DNA from: Candidatus Hydrogenedentota bacterium
GTDB lineage: Bacteria > Hydrogenedentota > Hydrogenedentia > Hydrogenedentales > SLHB01
Assembly (NCBI GenBank): GCA_963674865.2
Contig: CAXXYE010000006.1
Span: 128,001-192,000 of the forward strand
Reading direction: 5' to 3'
Length of the DNA: 64,000 nt
Within the stretch, counting starts at the first letter, position 1; every line of letters starts with the position of its first letter. The notes beneath the pieces are model-generated. The model saw nothing but the letters and a program-made list of their open reading frames with translations. It did no database searches and had not been told where the DNA came from. Both the position numbers and the translations under genes were made by a program. Shown in pieces: positions 40,097 through 49,512 of this stretch.

Positions 40097-41518
40097 GTGT
40101 CCGATAAGCCGAACATACTCTTCATCCTTCTCGACCAAATGCGTGGAGACTGCCTCAGCGTGCTGGGACATCCCGTGGTGGACACGCCCAATATAGACGA
40201 CTTGGCCCACCACGGAGTCGTGTTCGAGGCGGCGTATTCGTCTTGCCCCTCGTGCATCGCAGCGCGGGCTTCCATCTGGACTGGGCTCACGCCATCCTCC
40301 CATGGCCGTCTCGGCTATCGCGACAGAGTGCCCTGGCGCTACGAGAACATGGCCACGCATCTGCTGGGCGAGGCCGGCTACCAGACACATTGCGTGGGCA
40401 AGACGCATTTCTTTCCTCAACGCGCCCATTGCGGATTCCACTCGCTCGATTCCTATGAGGCCGCCCAGAACTTCGACGGGCTTTACGTCAACGATTACCA
40501 CGAGTGGCTCCGTCAAATGGCCAACGGGCGGCTGCGTGAGTTCGACCACGGCCTGGACAGCAATTCTTGGAATGCCCGGCCGAGCCATCTACCGGAGGAA
40601 TTACACAACAATTCGTGGGTGGCAACGAAAGGCATCGAGTTTCTGCGTCGGCGCGACAAAACGCGCCCCTTCTTCCTGAACCTGTCATTCCACCGGCCCC
40701 ATCCGCCCATCGATCCGCCCCAGGTTTTCTACGATATGTACAAGGATCGCGACATCCCTGACGTCCCCATCGGAGACTGGGCCGATATCCATGACGTGCC
40801 CATCGACAAGATCAACGCTTGGCACGGCCATCTGTCCGAGAAGCTCCTCGTCCAGGCCAGACGCGCCTACTATGCCCAGATAGCGCACATCGATTGCCAG
40901 GTGGGGAAGGTTGTGCGCGCGCTCCAGCACATGAAGGCCGGCCCCACCGTGGTGGTGTTCACATCGGATCACGGTGAGATGCTCGGCGACCACCATATGT
41001 ATCGGAAAACATACGCCTACGAAGGCTCCGCCAAGGTGCCGCTCGTGATCTCCTATCCGGGCGGCGTTGCCAACCATCGTTGTGCCGCTCCAGCGGCCCT
41101 CGAGGACCTGTATCCGACGTTCTTGGAGATCGCCGGCGCATGCATCCCATCCAGCACGGAAGGACAAAGCCTGTTGCCTTTCTGCAAGGAAGGACCGCCC
41201 CCCGCCTGGCGCGAGTTTGTCCACGGCGAGCACGCAGAATCCTATGCCCCGGAAGAGTCTATGCAATTCCTCACCGACGGCAAGGAGAAGTACATCTGGT
41301 TCACGGTAACCGGCCGGGAACAGCTATTTGACATGGTAAGCGATCCGCGGGAATGTCACGACTTGGCCCAGAATCCTGCCGCAAAGGATCGCCTCGAATA
41401 CTGGCGGCAGCGCATGATCAAACGGCTGGCGGAGCGCCCGGAGGACGGCATGTCTGATGGCCGAAAGCTGATCTCCGGCGTGGCACTCCCCTCGGTGCGC
41501 CCTGCGCTTCTCGAATAG
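40097..41518 (+). CDS. Formylglycine-dependent sulfatase (choline/arylsulfatase-like), probably cytoplasmic
   Basis: KPNILFILLDQMR, CIAARASIWTG, GKTHF, HRPHPP, SDHGEMLGDH; no signal peptide. Confidence 0.9.
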   Translation: MSDKPNILFILLDQMRGDCLSVLGHPVVDTPNIDDLAHHGVVFEAAYSSCPSCIAARASIWTGLTPSSHGRLGYRDRVPWRYENMATHLLGEAGYQTHCVGKTHFFPQRAHCGFHSLDSYEAAQNFDGLYVNDYHEWLRQMANGRLREFDHGLDSNSWNARPSHLPEELHNNSWVATKGIEFLRRRDKTRPFFLNLSFHRPHPPIDPPQVFYDMYKDRDIPDVPIGDWADIHDVPIDKINAWHGHLSEKLLVQARRAYYAQIAHIDCQVGKVVRALQHMKAGPTVVVFTSDHGEMLGDHHMYRKTYAYEGSAKVPLVISYPGGVANHRCAAPAALEDLYPTFLEIAGACIPSSTEGQSLLPFCKEGPPPAWREFVHGEHAESYAPEESMQFLTDGKEKYIWFTVTGREQLFDMVSDPRECHDLAQNPAAKDRLEYWRQRMIKRLAERPEDGMSDGRKLISGVALPSVRPALLE

Positions 41519-41590
41519 ACAGCACGCTCCGCACGTCCGCCGCATGACGTAGGGGAGTGTCCCCGGGCCAGGTAACCTAGGGAGATACAA

Positions 41591-42382
41591 ATGCACTTGG
41601 CGCTAAGCATCTGCGGGCTGCTCATGCTGGGTGTCGCCGTCGGCATCGTGAGCCCGGCTTTGGGTATTGGCGGGGGCATTCTCATGGTGCCCGCTCTACG
41701 CGAATTCGCCGGACTCGATGCCCATACCGCCAAGGGCACGAGCCTCTTCATCATCATCTTCGTGGCCGCCGTCAACTCCTGGCGACTCAACCGGGGCCAC
41801 GAAGACAAGCTCCTAAGACTCGCGGGCGTTGTTGCTGCCGGTTCAGTTCTGGGCGGCTATTTCGGAGGATTCGTCACACAGCGAATGAATCCCCGTGTCG
41901 TTACGATCATCTTCATAGCGGCTTTGGTGATCCTGGCAGCCCGGCTCCTCCTGGTCGAGCCGGCGGCTGTGTCCCAGCAGGACGTCCGGCGCCGAGACGG
42001 CCTCGCGTTGCTCATTGGCCTTGTTTCAGGACTCACCTCGGGGATAACGGGCATCGGCGGGGGTGGCGTTTTTGTGCCCCTCGCCTTGATCGCGGGAATC
42101 GTCTCGAATGAGCGCGTCTCGGGATTGTCGAACACCGTGATGATTGCCACCTGTACGGCGGCCACCATGGCCCACTTATTCGCCCCCGTCGTCTCGGGCC
42201 GCCCATGGACCGTCGGGCAGGTGAGCCTTGGCTTCGCCCCCTTGATCTTTGTGGGCGCGCAATTCGGCGCCCCTTTCGGCAGGAAGTTGAACGGGCTCTT
42301 GACTCTCAGCGCCCGCCGCGTGGTAATGGCCGTGCTCGCATTCGTTATTGTGGCCCAACTGGCCTACAAGCTATTTCAGTGA
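41591..42382 (+). CDS. TauE/SafE (TSUP) family exporter
   Basis: Two GIGGG…VP repeats, AKGTSL, about 8 TM helices. Confidence 0.85.
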   Translation: MHLALSICGLLMLGVAVGIVSPALGIGGGILMVPALREFAGLDAHTAKGTSLFIIIFVAAVNSWRLNRGHEDKLLRLAGVVAAGSVLGGYFGGFVTQRMNPRVVTIIFIAALVILAARLLLVEPAAVSQQDVRRRDGLALLIGLVSGLTSGITGIGGGGVFVPLALIAGIVSNERVSGLSNTVMIATCTAATMAHLFAPVVSGRPWTVGQVSLGFAPLIFVGAQFGAPFGRKLNGLLTLSARRVVMAVLAFVIVAQLAYKLFQ

Positions 42383-42401
42383 CGCCCCTAAGGGCCTTGG
42401 C

Positions 42402-43709
42402 CTAACCAATGCGCGTACCGTCTGGTATGACGGCGTTCTTGATGACCACAACGATCCCGTCCCGGATGGCGTAGCCGGGCCCGTCTTTATCCTTCAGCTT
42501 TCGAGATCCCCGAATAACAACGCCCCGGCCGATCCGCGCATTCTTGTCGATAATCGCGCCCGAGATCTCCGAATCGGGCCCTATGCCCACCGGAATCGAT
42601 GCATCGGGCAGCCGGCTTTCATAGAAGTCGGCGCCCATGATCACGCTTCGGTGGACCTTGGCGCCCGGCTGTACGATGCTCCGTATGCCGATGATCGAAT
42701 TCGAGATCGACGCGTTGGCGATGCGGCTGCCTTCGCACACGATGGAGTCTTCGATGGCGGCCTTCTGAACTCGTGAGCCTGCCAGGTAGCGCGGCCGCGT
42801 GTAGACCACGTAATGCGGATCCTGAAACTCGAAAGGGGGATGCGCCGAGGCAATCTCCATGCTGGCATCGTAGTAGGAGCGAACGGTACCGATATCCTCC
42901 CAATAGCCGTCGAAGATGTACGAAAACACGCGGCGCTCGCGGAGCGATTTCGGAATAACATCGTGTCCGAAATCGATCCAGTCCGGCCGATCCTGCAGGA
43001 CCGCCTCAAGCACTTCCGTTCGGAACACGTAGACACCCATCGACGCGAGGTACTCCCCGCGTGGCGCCGAGAGTCCCTGCCGGGCCATCGCCGTCGCGGG
43101 CGTCTTCATATCCTCGAGATCGGCTTCACTCGAAGGTTTCTCTACGAAACGGTGCACACGCCCGTTGCTTCGGATCTTGAGGACACCTACGCCCGAGGCG
43201 TCCTCCCGCGTGATGGGTACCACAGCCACGGAAATATCCGCCCGCCTTCTGATGTGCGTGGCCAAGAACGGACGGTAATCCATATGGTAAAGGTGGTCGC
43301 CCGCCAAGATCAGGCAGTGCTTCGCCCGGAGATTGGCCACGTGACGAAGCTGTTTGCGGATGGCATCGGCGGTGCCCTGATACCAATCGCGGTTGTCGAC
43401 AGTCAGCTCGGCCGCGAGAATCTCGACAAAGCCTCGCGAGAACGTGTCGAACTTGTATGAGCGATTGATGTGACGGTTGAGCGAAACGCTGTTGAACTGA
43501 GTCAAGACAAAGATTCGATTCACGCCGGAATAAAGACAATTGCTCAGCGGAATGTCCACCAGCCGGTAGCGGCCGCAGAGAGGGACGGCCGGCTTGGCCC
43601 GCTGGGCCGTCAAAGGATATAGACGCGTGCCACGCCCGCCCCCAAGGACCACGGCCACCACCTGATCCCCAATGTTTCCCGCTGATAGACTCGACTCGGT
43701 GATAGCCAA
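42402..43709 (-). CDS. glgC: Glucose-1-phosphate adenylyltransferase
   Basis: LGGGRGTRLYPLT..RAKPAVP, QFNS, WYQGTADA, EKP, GYWEDIGT; TTG start with GGGAGG RBS. Confidence 0.95.
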   Translation of the reverse strand: MAITESSLSAGNIGDQVVAVVLGGGRGTRLYPLTAQRAKPAVPLCGRYRLVDIPLSNCLYSGVNRIFVLTQFNSVSLNRHINRSYKFDTFSRGFVEILAAELTVDNRDWYQGTADAIRKQLRHVANLRAKHCLILAGDHLYHMDYRPFLATHIRRRADISVAVVPITREDASGVGVLKIRSNGRVHRFVEKPSSEADLEDMKTPATAMARQGLSAPRGEYLASMGVYVFRTEVLEAVLQDRPDWIDFGHDVIPKSLRERRVFSYIFDGYWEDIGTVRSYYDASMEIASAHPPFEFQDPHYVVYTRPRYLAGSRVQKAAIEDSIVCEGSRIANASISNSIIGIRSIVQPGAKVHRSVIMGADFYESRLPDASIPVGIGPDSEISGAIIDKNARIGRGVVIRGSRKLKDKDGPGYAIRDGIVVVIKNAVIPDGTRIG

Positions 43710-43735
43710 CTGCGAAGATCCTCCCGGCGACGCCC

Positions 43736-44809
43736 TTAATACGATTCGAAGAGTTTCCCCCAAGGACTCCCCAGCCACGCCCGCACGCGCGGCTTCCCAT
43801 GAAAAGGAAACCAGTAATGATCGTGATAGATTGTTGAACCGGCGATAAATAAATATACCAGCGGCGTGCGGAAGAACAGCACTTGAAGCTGCTTCAGCGC
43901 GCCGAACCACGTCAGATGGCCCACGCGGCTTGCGAAGGTCGCGCCCACGTCAAAGCCGAAGTCTTCGCGCGTGATATCGTCCCCGGCCAGTTCGATTTCC
44001 TCGAACCGGCCCGTACCTAATCCAAGCTCATGAGCGCGGGAGACACACTTCACCTTGTTCTTGTCGAGGCCCATCATGTGCGTGGCAACGCAGTCGATGG
44101 CCACCGAATCCGCACTCGCCAAGATGTAGTCCTTCTTGACAGGTTCCATGCAGCGAGGGCCGGGCCCATTCCCGCAGGTCGTGCCGTCAGTCACCGCAAA
44201 GATGCCGGTGTGGATCTCTTGCTGGATAGCCAACAGGTCGCAGAGCGTGGCGTGGATATAGGAGTGCGTATAGTGACGCCGCGTGTTGAGCAAACCGCCG
44301 AACGCATTCTTCATGGCGCCCGTCATCGTCGTGTAGATATGACACTTGACGGTGGGCAAATGGATGACGCTCTTCCCGAAGAAATAGTCGGGGATGCGGA
44401 TCCCTTCGGGGAAGATCTTGTCCAGCACAAGCATCTTGGCTTTGGGCTCATACTTCACCCAGGCCATATCGCCTTTTCGGTAATTGAGTAGTTCACGGAT
44501 TCCGTACTTGGCGTAGACTTTATCCAGCTTGTTGAGCCGCTGGCCCTTGGGGGCGTCAATGACCACCGTACGATTATGTACCGCCGAGATATCCGAATAG
44601 CCGTTATCCTTGAGATACTGAATCACGGCTTCGAGCTGCCAAGGCGTCGTGTTGGCGCCCGGATACATGAAATGCCACGAGATGTTGTCCTTGAGGATAA
44701 CGGGCTTATCCTTGGGGATATGCCGCTGGAAATCCGCGAGGTCGAGAAGTCGCTTGTAGTCGTCGATGACCGTTTCGGGTTTCGTCTTGAGGACTGCTAC
44801 TTTGCTCAT
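43736..44809 (-). CDS. DUF362 domain protein
   Basis: LKDNISWH…GANTTPWQLE, LPTVKCH…TGAMKNAFG, DGTTCGNGPGP, DSVAID. Confidence 0.8.
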   Translation of the reverse strand: MSKVAVLKTKPETVIDDYKRLLDLADFQRHIPKDKPVILKDNISWHFMYPGANTTPWQLEAVIQYLKDNGYSDISAVHNRTVVIDAPKGQRLNKLDKVYAKYGIRELLNYRKGDMAWVKYEPKAKMLVLDKIFPEGIRIPDYFFGKSVIHLPTVKCHIYTTMTGAMKNAFGGLLNTRRHYTHSYIHATLCDLLAIQQEIHTGIFAVTDGTTCGNGPGPRCMEPVKKDYILASADSVAIDCVATHMMGLDKNKVKCVSRAHELGLGTGRFEEIELAGDDITREDFGFDVGATFASRVGHLTWFGALKQLQVLFFRTPLVYLFIAGSTIYHDHYWFPFHGKPRVRAWLGSPWGKLFESY

Positions 44810-45687
44810 CGGATCGTTCCTTCATACAGCACAGCCACGCAGGTGACTCCCCAGAGCAATACCGTCACGGCCAACGGCCCATCCTTTATCAATGCCTGGC
44901 TCGGATCCCCGCCGCCGCGCCGGTGGTGTACCAGATGAAGATACCGGAAAAGGCCATAGACTACGAAGGGTATGGACAGGTACAGCTTGTCCGTGCCCAA
45001 GCGCATTGTGACCTCTGGCGAACACGTGTAGATCGTGTAGGTCAGCAGGGACGCCGCCGCGGTAATCATGATGAGCGTGTCCAGAAACTCCACTGTGTAG
45101 TGCTGGAGCACCCTCCGGTGATTTACCGCCTCCTCGGCCATCAGCGAGATCTCGTGGCGGCGTTTTCCAACGCTCAGAAAGAGTGCAAGAAAGAGCGTGC
45201 ATACGACCAGCCAGTTCGAGAACACCACGTCGAGCACGATGGCTCCCGCCATGGCTCGGATCACAAAGCCCAGCGCAACCGTCATTACATCCACAATCAT
45301 GATGTTCTTCAACAGAACCGAGTACAGAAGTATCAGGATCATGTAGACGAGCGTGGCCACAAAGAACTGCGGGCGCAGCAGGAACGCTCCAACCAAACTC
45401 GCAAGAACCAGAGCCGCCATCGTAGCCAACGCCGCGGGAATCCCCAAGGCGCCACTTGCTAGGGGGCGCTTACACTTCGCCGGATGCGCGCGGTCCTGCT
45501 CGACGTCCATGATATCGTTCAGAACGTACATAGCGCTCGAGGCGGCGCACAACACCGCGAACGCGCCCAGGCTGCGCATTAGTTGCTCAACGGCAGCCAA
45601 TTGCTGGGCGAATACCAGCGCAGCAAAGACAACGACGTTCTTGAGCCACTGGTAGGGACGGAGTTCTCTGAAAAGGGCGGAAAGCAT
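44806..45687 (-). CDS. UbiA-family polyprenyl-phosphate phosphoribosyltransferase (DPPR synthase-like)
   Basis: RPYQWLKN, YVLNDIMDVEQDRAHPAKCKRPLASG, GKRRHE, YGLFRY, GDP; alternative start at 45717. Confidence 0.88.
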   Translation of the reverse strand: MLSALFRELRPYQWLKNVVVFAALVFAQQLAAVEQLMRSLGAFAVLCAASSAMYVLNDIMDVEQDRAHPAKCKRPLASGALGIPAALATMAALVLASLVGAFLLRPQFFVATLVYMILILLYSVLLKNIMIVDVMTVALGFVIRAMAGAIVLDVVFSNWLVVCTLFLALFLSVGKRRHEISLMAEEAVNHRRVLQHYTVEFLDTLIMITAAASLLTYTIYTCSPEVTMRLGTDKLYLSIPFVVYGLFRYLHLVHHRRGGGDPSQALIKDGPLAVTVLLWGVTCVAVLYEGTIR

Positions 45688-45844
45688 ACTTGTGCCGGCA
45701 ATCCTTGATTGCCGCATTCTGCATCACCCGCCGGGAGACTGTCAACCGCAGTTGGACGAAGTCGTAGGTTTGACACCGCCTTCTATTTGCGCATACTTTA
45801 CGGCTTCCAGGCTGCAACTCCTGGGTGGAATTGAGGTACATGTC

Positions 45845-46996
45845 ATGACGTCTCCCATCACGAACCGCTGGCGGGAAGTTCCGCTGCGCGAACCTGAAAC
45901 GCAACACTTCACCATCTACCAAAGCGTCGAGGGACGCGCCTACAACCACCATGCGCAGATCACGTCAATCGACGGCCGGCTCTTGGCGTCATGGTCGAAC
46001 GGCGCTGTCCACGAGGATGCGCCCGGCCAACACATGGTATTCGCTGTATCGGAGGACCTCGGTGAGACCTGGTCTGAGCCGGCGGCGTTGGTGGGGCCGC
46101 AGCCTGGCCGCGTCGGCGAGGCCGTTATGACGGGCATGGGCATCCACAATCACGACGGCCAACTGACGGCCTACTACGGCTATTACGACTACGACGAGCA
46201 GGGAGTTCGCACCCATCTCGAGCGGGGGAACTATCCGAAGCAGGAACTCGATTTCCGCGTCAACTACGACTCCCATACCGGGATCATGACTTCGAGCGAC
46301 GCGGGCGCCACGTGGGAAGGTCCCGTGGCGAAGATCGACCGCTTCGTGGCCAACCTGGGGCCGCACAGACTCAAGACCGGGCGGCTCATCATCCCCGGCA
46401 ACATGTGGTTTCCCTACACGGACGACCCGCGCGGCATCGAGGGATGGGCCATCGCCGGACTGCCGCGCCTGCCCGAGGGGTACTATGACGATCCCGAAGG
46501 CTTCTGGTACGGCATGGCTCATCGGGGCGATAGCGCGGCCTACTGCGAGGCGTCATGCTACGAAACCGACGACGGCGTGGTGCACATGATGCTGCGCATT
46601 GAACGGAGCGAGCAATCTGGAGCGCTTGCCGTGACGGAGAGCCGCGATAAGGGCGTCACCTGGTCGGAGCCCGCGCGCACGGCATTCACCGATGCGAACT
46701 GCAGGTTTCACTTCGGCCGCCTGCCGGATGGGCGCCACTTCGCCGTATCCTGCCCCGATCCAGGCTCCCAACGGACGCCTCTAGTATTGGCCGCCGGCGA
46801 GGACGGCGTCGTCTTCGACCAGCACTACGTGCTGGGCGCCGATGTCCCGATAAATCCCCGGATCGAAGGCCATCATAAAGGCGGCCGCTACGGATATCCT
46901 TCCTATCACATTCTCGGCGAGCACCTCTTCGTCATCTACTCGATCAACAAAGAGGACATCGCCGTGTGCCGGCTCGAACTGGCCGCGCTCGCATAG
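45845..46996 (+). CDS. BNR/Asp-box (sialidase-like) beta-propeller protein
   Basis: Asp-boxes SEDLGETWS, SSDAGATWE, SRDKGVTWS; RTPL, YGYP, YSINKEDI. Confidence 0.8.
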   Translation: MTSPITNRWREVPLREPETQHFTIYQSVEGRAYNHHAQITSIDGRLLASWSNGAVHEDAPGQHMVFAVSEDLGETWSEPAALVGPQPGRVGEAVMTGMGIHNHDGQLTAYYGYYDYDEQGVRTHLERGNYPKQELDFRVNYDSHTGIMTSSDAGATWEGPVAKIDRFVANLGPHRLKTGRLIIPGNMWFPYTDDPRGIEGWAIAGLPRLPEGYYDDPEGFWYGMAHRGDSAAYCEASCYETDDGVVHMMLRIERSEQSGALAVTESRDKGVTWSEPARTAFTDANCRFHFGRLPDGRHFAVSCPDPGSQRTPLVLAAGEDGVVFDQHYVLGADVPINPRIEGHHKGGRYGYPSYHILGEHLFVIYSINKEDIAVCRLELAALA

Positions 46997-47030
46997 CGCC
47001 GAGGTTCCCGGCGGACGGAGCAATAGACGC

Positions 47031-47663
47031 ATGGGTGAGAACAAGCGGGACTTCGACAAAGCGGCCGCCACTTGGGACGAGAATCCGGCGCGGCTTGCCT
47101 TGGCGCAGGATGTGTTCACCGCGATATCCGGCAAGGTGTCTCTGACTGGGAACGTGCATGTTCTGGACTTCGGCTGCGGGACGGGCCTCCTGACGCGTCA
47201 GATCGCGCCGCTGGCGGCATCCGTGACGGGGGCCGACAGCTCACGCGGCATGCTTGACGCCTTAACCGCCAAAGCCGCCGCGCAGGGCCTGGACAACGTG
47301 AGGACATTGCTGCTCGACCCCGACGCCGGCGAGCGCCTCACGGGCAGTTACGACGTGATCGTCAGCAACATGACCCTCCACCACATCGAGACGATCGATG
47401 CGCTCCTCGAACAGTTCTACGCTTGCCTCACTCCCGGCGGCCGTGTCTGCATCAGCGATCTGGATCCTGACGAAGGGCAATTTCACGGGGACAGCACAGG
47501 CGTCTTCCACCCGGGATTCGAGCGACAAACGCTCCGGCGCGCGTTGGAGGCGGCGGGCTTCGAGGATGTGAGCGACACGACAGCGGCCGAAATCATGAAG
47601 CCCGCGGCAAACGGCGAAATGCGCCGCTTCACCGTCTTCCTCATCACCGGAGGTAGGAAGTGA
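47031..47663 (+). CDS. Class I SAM-dependent methyltransferase
   Basis: VLDFGCGTG, YDVIVSNMTLHHI, LTPGG. Confidence 0.9.
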   Translation: MGENKRDFDKAAATWDENPARLALAQDVFTAISGKVSLTGNVHVLDFGCGTGLLTRQIAPLAASVTGADSSRGMLDALTAKAAAQGLDNVRTLLLDPDAGERLTGSYDVIVSNMTLHHIETIDALLEQFYACLTPGGRVCISDLDPDEGQFHGDSTGVFHPGFERQTLRRALEAAGFEDVSDTTAAEIMKPAANGEMRRFTVFLITGGRK

Positions 47664-47809
47664 GAGGCCGTACCGGCTCGCTGGTGGCAGGCTCGCAGCA
47701 CCTCATCGGCACCGATGCCAAGAGAGTGGGAGGAATTCAGTAGTTGGCAGGGCTCACAGGCATTGGTGAACCGCGCTAAGTTATTGCGTCTCAAGGGCAG
47801 AGAGAAAGA

Positions 47810-47899
47810 TGGCGGAGAGCCCGGGATTCGAACCCGGGGTACGGGTTACCGTACAACGCCTTAGCAGGGCGCCACCTTCAGCCACTCGGTCAGCTCTCC
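47810..47899 (-). tRNA. tRNA-Ser (anticodon GCT)
   Basis: Minus strand GGAGAGC…GCCCT-GCT-AAGGC, long variable arm, GGTTCGAATCC, GCTCTCC-G-CCA. Confidence 0.96.
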
Positions 47900-47913
47900 G
47901 CGTGGATTGACAG

Positions 47914-47943
47914 ACTCTAGCACGAACCGCGGGAAACATGCAA
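47914..47943 (-). promoter_or_regulatory. Putative tRNA-Ser promoter
   Basis: TTGCAT-N18-TAGAGT with TG extension. Confidence 0.45.
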
Positions 47944-48064
47944 TATTCGCGTGGTTTTGCGCGCGTGCGGCCGATTGGCAGCAAACCAGCAAGAAAGAGC
48001 GCTCTCGCCCAACCTGCGGGCGTGACTTCACCAATCCCCGAAGGCTCCGCTGCCTCTCGTCGGC

Positions 48065-49309
48065 CTAGCGCACGGAGCGTGCCTCCTCGAGAAACAGCGC
48101 CCCCAATTCGCGCTTCAACTGCATCTCCAGCGCCCCCGGACTGGGTGGGACGGCTGCGTGTACCGTCTTCACAACACCGTCTTTGCCGATGATCACCAAG
48201 GAAGGAAACGACTCGACACCAAACCGCCGTGCCACCTTCCCCTTCGGGTCCAGCGCCACGGTGATGTCGGGCTTCACTTGCTCCAAGAAGCGGCGTACCT
48301 CCTCCGCACTCTCCCCGACATTCACCGCATACAGTTCAACTCCCTTGCTCCTGAATGCCTTGACGGCTCTCTCGACTTGCGGCATGGCCTGCCGGCAAGG
48401 GACGCACCACGTGGCCCAGAAGTCCAAGACGACGACGTCTTGGCCTTTGTGTGCGGCAAGTTCGACGGTTTCTCCATCCAGAAGTTTGAGGGAAGCGGCG
48501 GGGGCAGGGCGGTCTACAAGATCCTGCAAGGTGGCCTGGAGGTCATACGCCGTGGGCGGCAAGGCGATATCGAAGCGGCCGTCCGGAATCGCTGGCGTCG
48601 TCGTCCAGTTGGTGAACTCAACAACGGCGGATATCTTCGTATCCTCCCCTTCCGCATCACCTGGGCGGGCCGGCGAGACTATATCCGGAAGGATCTTGCG
48701 AACATGCGGGGCATCGCCCGATTCGACCCACATCTCCCAATTCATCTTATCACCAATGAACCGAAGGCGATGCAGCTCCACGCCGCCGATGTTCTCCACA
48801 CCCGCGTACGTGCCCTGCTCGATGGTGGCGTTGATGGCGTCATAGAAATTCTCTTGAAGCAGCGTCTGGATGAACACCATTCCCACGTCCATCACACGCA
48901 AGCCGATAACTCGGAAAGCGTCGCCAAGGCGGCTCGGAGCGTCCGTTCGGGCATACGCGTCATCCTCGGGAAAATAGACGATTTCCTCGCTGCCGTTGCT
49001 GGCCAGATTGAACCGGTACTTGGGACTGTCGCACGAAAGCGCCAACCGGTTCGGCCGCTGGACGGTAAGTGTGTATTCTGCGTGGAAGTTGTCAGGCGCG
49101 TCGGCCGACGCCAGTTTGACGTCTACGGAAGCATCCACCGCGAACCGGCTTGCACTCCCCAGATACTCCGAGAGCTTGCGGATCACGGCATCAGTTTTGG
49201 CATCCATCTTACTGGCTGCGGCCCCGTCTTCCGTTGAAGCCCGTTGCTGAACCAGCAGTAGAGTCGCCGCCACGAGTAGTAGAACCAACCTCTTATTTAC
49301 ACTTCCCAT
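48065..49309 (-). CDS. Periplasmic DUF2092 (LolA-like) domain fused to TlpA-family redoxin
   Basis: Signal peptide; VQRPNRL, WEMWVE, FTNWTT; LDFWATWCVPC. Confidence 0.8.
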   Translation of the reverse strand: MGSVNKRLVLLLVAATLLLVQQRASTEDGAAASKMDAKTDAVIRKLSEYLGSASRFAVDASVDVKLASADAPDNFHAEYTLTVQRPNRLALSCDSPKYRFNLASNGSEEIVYFPEDDAYARTDAPSRLGDAFRVIGLRVMDVGMVFIQTLLQENFYDAINATIEQGTYAGVENIGGVELHRLRFIGDKMNWEMWVESGDAPHVRKILPDIVSPARPGDAEGEDTKISAVVEFTNWTTTPAIPDGRFDIALPPTAYDLQATLQDLVDRPAPAASLKLLDGETVELAAHKGQDVVVLDFWATWCVPCRQAMPQVERAVKAFRSKGVELYAVNVGESAEEVRRFLEQVKPDITVALDPKGKVARRFGVESFPSLVIIGKDGVVKTVHAAVPPSPGALEMQLKRELGALFLEEARSVR

Positions 49310-49439
49310 TCCGTTCTCCCTGTTGCCTCGCATCTGTCGCATCGCGTAGCCTGGTGTGTCGCGCACGCCTGCATGGAAACGTAGGAGCGCACTCTAGAGA
49401 AAACACCTTGCTTGAGGCAAAAGATTCCCGGGGGCCGGT

Positions 49440-49468
49440 TTGTCTCACGGCAGCCCGATGCCTATCAT
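49440..49468 (+). promoter_or_regulatory. Putative sigma70 promoter
   Basis: TTGTCT-N17-TATCAT upstream of GGAG RBS and ATG 49513. Confidence 0.5.
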
Positions 49469-49512
49469 GGCCCCCTCACTTGGTAACGGAACCGGCGTAG
49501 GAGTCACCGTGC

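Noticed and set aside
47664..47812. Possible integration (att) site at the tRNA-Ser 3' end, with AT-rich CTAAGTTATTG flank
   Set aside because: No integrase, no duplicated tRNA 3' end seen and no obvious compositional shift in the window
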